IMG/VR virus record: IMGVR_UViG_2630968701_000001
Reading direction: 5' to 3' (one strand)
Source of the DNA: an uncultured virus (IMG/VR IMGVR_UViG_2630968701_000001)
Lineage: Duplodnaviria; Heunggongvirae; Uroviricota; Caudoviricetes
Length of the DNA: 20,000 nucleotides
Shown here: one piece after another, positions 16,924-20,000 of the stretch
How positions within the stretch are numbered: the stretch's first letter is position 1
How the letters are laid out: every line of letters begins with the position of its first letter
Made by a program: the position numbers and the translations under genes
The notes under the pieces: model-generated
Database searches by the model: none
What the model saw: the letters and a program-made list of their open reading frames with translations, nothing else
Told to the model about the DNA's origin: nothing

Positions 16924-17273
16924 TTGAGTGCCCTCCTATTTAATACTTCAATCTTCAAATCATCTTTGGAATGTCTTAATACTGTATACTGCGTTCCTTT
17001 TCGATCGCGATACTGGTATCCGGTTAAATTAACTTCAATTCCTTGATCCATTCCTTTTTCAATTTTTTCTGTCATATGATCTAACATTTTTTCAAAATCG
17101 ACTAAGTTTAAACGATTTGCGCATGCTCGTTCTTTTTCTTTCCGATTTTCAGGATAATATTTAGGACATGCATAAAATAAACTTAATGGTCCTTGTTTTA
17201 AATCCATAACAACTTCTTCTGTATGTCCATTTCCACACGTTAATGTAATATGTTTCCATAAATTCTTTATCAT
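16920..17273 (-). CDS. Small Zn-ribbon protein, topoisomerase C4-finger-like (117 aa)
   Basis: CGNGH..MDLKQGPLSLFYACPKYYP..C pattern. Start moved to ATG 17273 with AAAGGAG RBS; ATGA overlap with the signal peptidase gene. Confidence 0.65.
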   Translation of the reverse strand: MIKNLWKHITLTCGNGHTEEVVMDLKQGPLSLFYACPKYYPENRKEKERACANRLNLVDFEKMLDHMTEKIEKGMDQGIEVNLTGYQYRDRKGTQYTVLRHSKDDLKIEVLNRRALK

Positions 17274-17308
17274 AATTAGCTCCTTTCTCAAAAGAAAAAG
17301 GAAAGATA

Positions 17309-18994
17309 TTATCTTTCCCTGTTCTCCGCCATGTCTTTGATCTTCATAGCTAAATGTGTTTTGGGGATTACATTTTCACTTTTCCAAAAATCTTCCATCT
17401 GAATCTGGAGAAATGTCTGTTTCTTATGATGAAAATAAAAGATCTTTTCTCCTATGGTTCCGATCATATCAATCTTTTTAGGTTCGCCTTCTTCTTTATA
17501 CTTATCTGTAAAATAAAATCCAACGGCCTTTCCGTTGTATCCAGAAAAACGAATATGTTCTTCTTCTGCGCCAAATGTTTCATAGAATCCTGCAGGCGTA
17601 GGAAGAATGCTGTAATTTGGAATATAAAAGACTGGTTCTGGGTTTCCATTACCATAAGGGGCATATTTTCGAAGTTCTTTATAGTAATAAGGAAGATCCT
17701 CCAGATCTTCAACTTCCAGATCATAATATCTTTCTGTTGTATGATTTCTTACATAAGGTTCGATGGCTTTCTCCATAGCTTTTTGAAACGCTATCAAATC
17801 AGTCTTCTTTAAAGAAAGCCCTGCAGCCGCTTCATGCCCACCATATTTTACAAGCAGATCAGAACAATCATCTAAAATACTTTTAAGATTCATATTGTCT
17901 AGATCATTCCGGCCTGATCCTTTCATAAGTTCTGAATCGGCAGTGTCAGTTAACACAATGGATGGAACGCCATACTCTTCTGTCAATTTACCGGCGATCA
18001 ATCCAACAACACCTTCTGGAATCCTTCCAAGATAAAGAACGATGCAGGAAGGAATATGATCCATTTCATCAATAATCTCCTTTGCAATCTTTGTTTTTTC
18101 CTTGGTAATTAATTGACGCTGTTTATTAACTGCGATCATATGTTCAATCCATGGAGTGAAATTTGATTGCATTTTTAGAATTTGATAACAAACTTGTCCA
18201 CCATCATTGTATAATCTTCCCATCGCATTGATCGTAGGAGCTATCTTAAATCCAATATCACTTTCTGTAACATTGTTAGCATAGTTCTTGTATAACAATT
18301 CCTTTAAAGTTGGTGGTAACAGATCCATATGATTTAGAACTTCTAATCCATTTTTTACGATCTTTCGATTATCTTTTCGAAGTGGCATAACATCAGCAAT
18401 CGTTGCAATTGCAGCATATGCTAACGCATGATTTTGAATCGTTTCATCTGGAACCATTTCACATAATAACTTGTAAACAACACCAGCTCCACAATAATGA
18501 TCAGAATCAGCGTTCCCTGCATCTGCTTCAAGATCAATGATATGATCCGCTTCAGGATAAATGATCTTGCCATCAGCATCTCTTGCAGGTAAATGGTGAT
18601 CTAAAATGATCACAGATCGTCCCTGTTCTTTTGCTTTCTTTACAGCATCAAAGGCAACGATTCCATTGTCCACAGTGATGATCAATGTTCCGGATACTTT
18701 ATCCAAGATCTTTTCGGATAATCCATATCCATCGGTTTCTCTTCTTGGCACATAAACTTCAAAATCCTTTTGAAGAAAAACTAATATCATATCTAAGATC
18801 AGAGAACAACAGACTCCGTCAACATCATAATCAGAGATAATACTGATCTTTCCGGAATGATCCCGGATCATATCTGGGATTCCACCAAAATCAAATTGAT
18901 AGTTTCTGTCTTCTTCTTTCAAAATATCTTTTGAGGTATTGTGTTCTACAACTTCTTTGACTGTATAAAAATTTTCTCTTTTTCTGTAATCCAT
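17309..18994 (-). CDS. recJ: RecJ single-stranded DNA 5'-3' exonuclease (DHH family)
   Basis: SDYDVDG, DGYGL, ITVDNG, ILDHH, CGAGV, ATIADVMPL, INAMGRL, KGSGR, YGGHEAAAG, PYGNGNPEP. Confidence 0.95.
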   Translation of the reverse strand: MDYRKRENFYTVKEVVEHNTSKDILKEEDRNYQFDFGGIPDMIRDHSGKISIISDYDVDGVCCSLILDMILVFLQKDFEVYVPRRETDGYGLSEKILDKVSGTLIITVDNGIVAFDAVKKAKEQGRSVIILDHHLPARDADGKIIYPEADHIIDLEADAGNADSDHYCGAGVVYKLLCEMVPDETIQNHALAYAAIATIADVMPLRKDNRKIVKNGLEVLNHMDLLPPTLKELLYKNYANNVTESDIGFKIAPTINAMGRLYNDGGQVCYQILKMQSNFTPWIEHMIAVNKQRQLITKEKTKIAKEIIDEMDHIPSCIVLYLGRIPEGVVGLIAGKLTEEYGVPSIVLTDTADSELMKGSGRNDLDNMNLKSILDDCSDLLVKYGGHEAAAGLSLKKTDLIAFQKAMEKAIEPYVRNHTTERYYDLEVEDLEDLPYYYKELRKYAPYGNGNPEPVFYIPNYSILPTPAGFYETFGAEEEHIRFSGYNGKAVGFYFTDKYKEEGEPKKIDMIGTIGEKIFYFHHKKQTFLQIQMEDFWKSENVIPKTHLAMKIKDMAENRER

Positions 18995-19003
18995 ATATCT
19001 TTT

Positions 19004-19039
19004 CTCCTTTCGTCATATTGTCTTACAATGTAAATATGA
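19004..19039 (-). promoter_or_regulatory. TCATATTT motif and leader before the recJ operon
   Basis: Minus strand TCATATTTACATTGTAAGACAATATGACGAAAGGAG; core at 19032-19039. Confidence 0.6.
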
Positions 19040-19061
19040 CAAATGGAATTTTTAATAATTG

Positions 19062-19901
19062 TTATTCCTTCAGAATCTGATCTACCAGATTTTCTGCCAG
19101 TTCATCCTTTTCTTTATCAATCTCCTCTAAACTCTTGCAGTTTTTTAAATACTCCACAGAATATGGGATGATCTCAAGAACTGGTAGATCGTTCCAGTCA
19201 AAAGAATGTCCACAAGCTTCACAAGTCAGTTTTCTTGTTGGAATTCTGGAATTGATAAATCCATCGATTAGCACCTCAGAATTCGTTGATAAGGCTTCTG
19301 CATCATTTTTAGCGATCTTGTCATAGGATCTTACCCACGGATAATCTGTTTTAACCATTGGATCTCCATCTTTTATAAAGTATTTTCGATTGACTGCTAA
19401 TTGATAGTTTGTTGTCGTTTTTCCTTTTTTTGATGTAAAACTTTGTGGATCACGACATAAGGTTCCAACGATCATTGCTTGATTACTGATCTCACAGCTG
19501 TCTTTTAATAATTCCAGTGCTTGTGCATCTGTTACATTTTGCTCCATTCGTTTTATAAAAATTGGAGTAATATATGTTGCATTTGCTTTATCAATTGGAA
19601 TTGGGGATTGACAATTTGGGCATGTTGGACGTTTAATGATTTCCTGAGTTGTTAATACCCCTTTTAAATAGATCATGTCGTTTTTGTGATAATCTGAAAT
19701 CTTTTCAATAATCTCAGAATCTCTTGCTAAGATCCATGGCTGCTGATATCGAAGCTTATCAACATAAGATTGCATATCACGGTCGCCTATGATCGTATCC
19801 AAAGAGAATCTTGCCATTACAAAATCTCCATCATCTGTTAACCGAATCAATGGATCTTTATGCATTTTTCCGTAGAGTATGATTTCATTATGTCTACTCA
19901 T
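19062..19901 (-). CDS. ssb: Single-stranded DNA-binding protein with two OB folds, each carrying a CxxC insertion
   Basis: NEIILYGKMHKDP...IYLKGVLTT..CPNC and NQAMIVGTLCRDP..YQLAVNR..DYPWV..VLIDGFINSR..CEAC. Confidence 0.85.
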   Translation of the reverse strand: MSRHNEIILYGKMHKDPLIRLTDDGDFVMARFSLDTIIGDRDMQSYVDKLRYQQPWILARDSEIIEKISDYHKNDMIYLKGVLTTQEIIKRPTCPNCQSPIPIDKANATYITPIFIKRMEQNVTDAQALELLKDSCEISNQAMIVGTLCRDPQSFTSKKGKTTTNYQLAVNRKYFIKDGDPMVKTDYPWVRSYDKIAKNDAEALSTNSEVLIDGFINSRIPTRKLTCEACGHSFDWNDLPVLEIIPYSVEYLKNCKSLEEIDKEKDELAENLVDQILKE

Positions 19902-19966
19902 TTTTTATCTCCTTTCATTTGCAAAAAACGCAATTAACGCCATTTTGCTTTTTTTATCTTCAATTT

Positions 19967-19997
19967 AAATATGAAAGATTTGATAAAAAAAATGAGT
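19967..19997 (-). promoter_or_regulatory. TCATATTT motif (class B) before ssb
   Basis: AAATATGAAAGATTTGA at 19967 and ATGAG at 19992 (offset 25). Confidence 0.7.
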
Positions 19998-20000
19998 TTC

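Larger units (their letters stand above)
1..20000. mobile_element. Backbone of a large conjugative element (probable plasmid/megaplasmid) of a low-GC Firmicute
   Basis: VirD4, ParM/ParR-like partition pair, RecD2, SSBs and DUF932-like genes occur together, with no recognisable chromosomal housekeeping operon. No integrase, relaxase or element boundary is visible in the window. Confidence 0.75.

Noticed and set aside
658..19326. Short ORFs in the track overlapping long genes (e.g. 725-910, 858-1097, 3434-3658, 8793-9008, 9381-9809, 13533-14001, 17354-17812, 19135-19326)
   Set aside because: Antisense or out-of-frame shadows of well-supported genes, with no convincing RBS or motifs
1..20000. 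Prophage interpretation
   Set aside because: No terminase, capsid, tail or integrase genes here; VirD4 and ParM favour a conjugative replicon, although a phage-plasmid cannot be excluded from this window alone

Overview
AT-rich backbone of a large Firmicutes (probably Clostridia/Lachnospiraceae-type) conjugative element, most likely a large plasmid. Transfer genes: a VirD4/TraG coupling protein, a PcfB-like protein upstream of it, and an unlisted, window-truncated VirD4 paralog with no Walker A motif and no TM anchor. Partition genes: a ParM-like actin plus a candidate ParR. DNA-processing genes: RecD2 helicase, RecJ, two or three tandem-OB/SSB-like proteins, a frameshifted Rad50/SbcC-like ATPase, an SSAP-like protein next to a DEDDh exonuclease, and a DUF932-like protein. 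There is also a signal peptidase I. The clearest unexplained structure is regulatory: a co-oriented TCATATTT motif lies 27-75 nt upstream of the first gene of essentially every transcription unit (11 copies), with fixed-spacing upstream boxes, suggesting an element-specific promoter class or regulon. Also seen: a sigma-A promoter with a LexA (Cheo) box, a candidate ~130-nt sRNA with its own promoter and terminator, and strong GATC over-representation. All family calls come from motif recognition by eye, not database searches.
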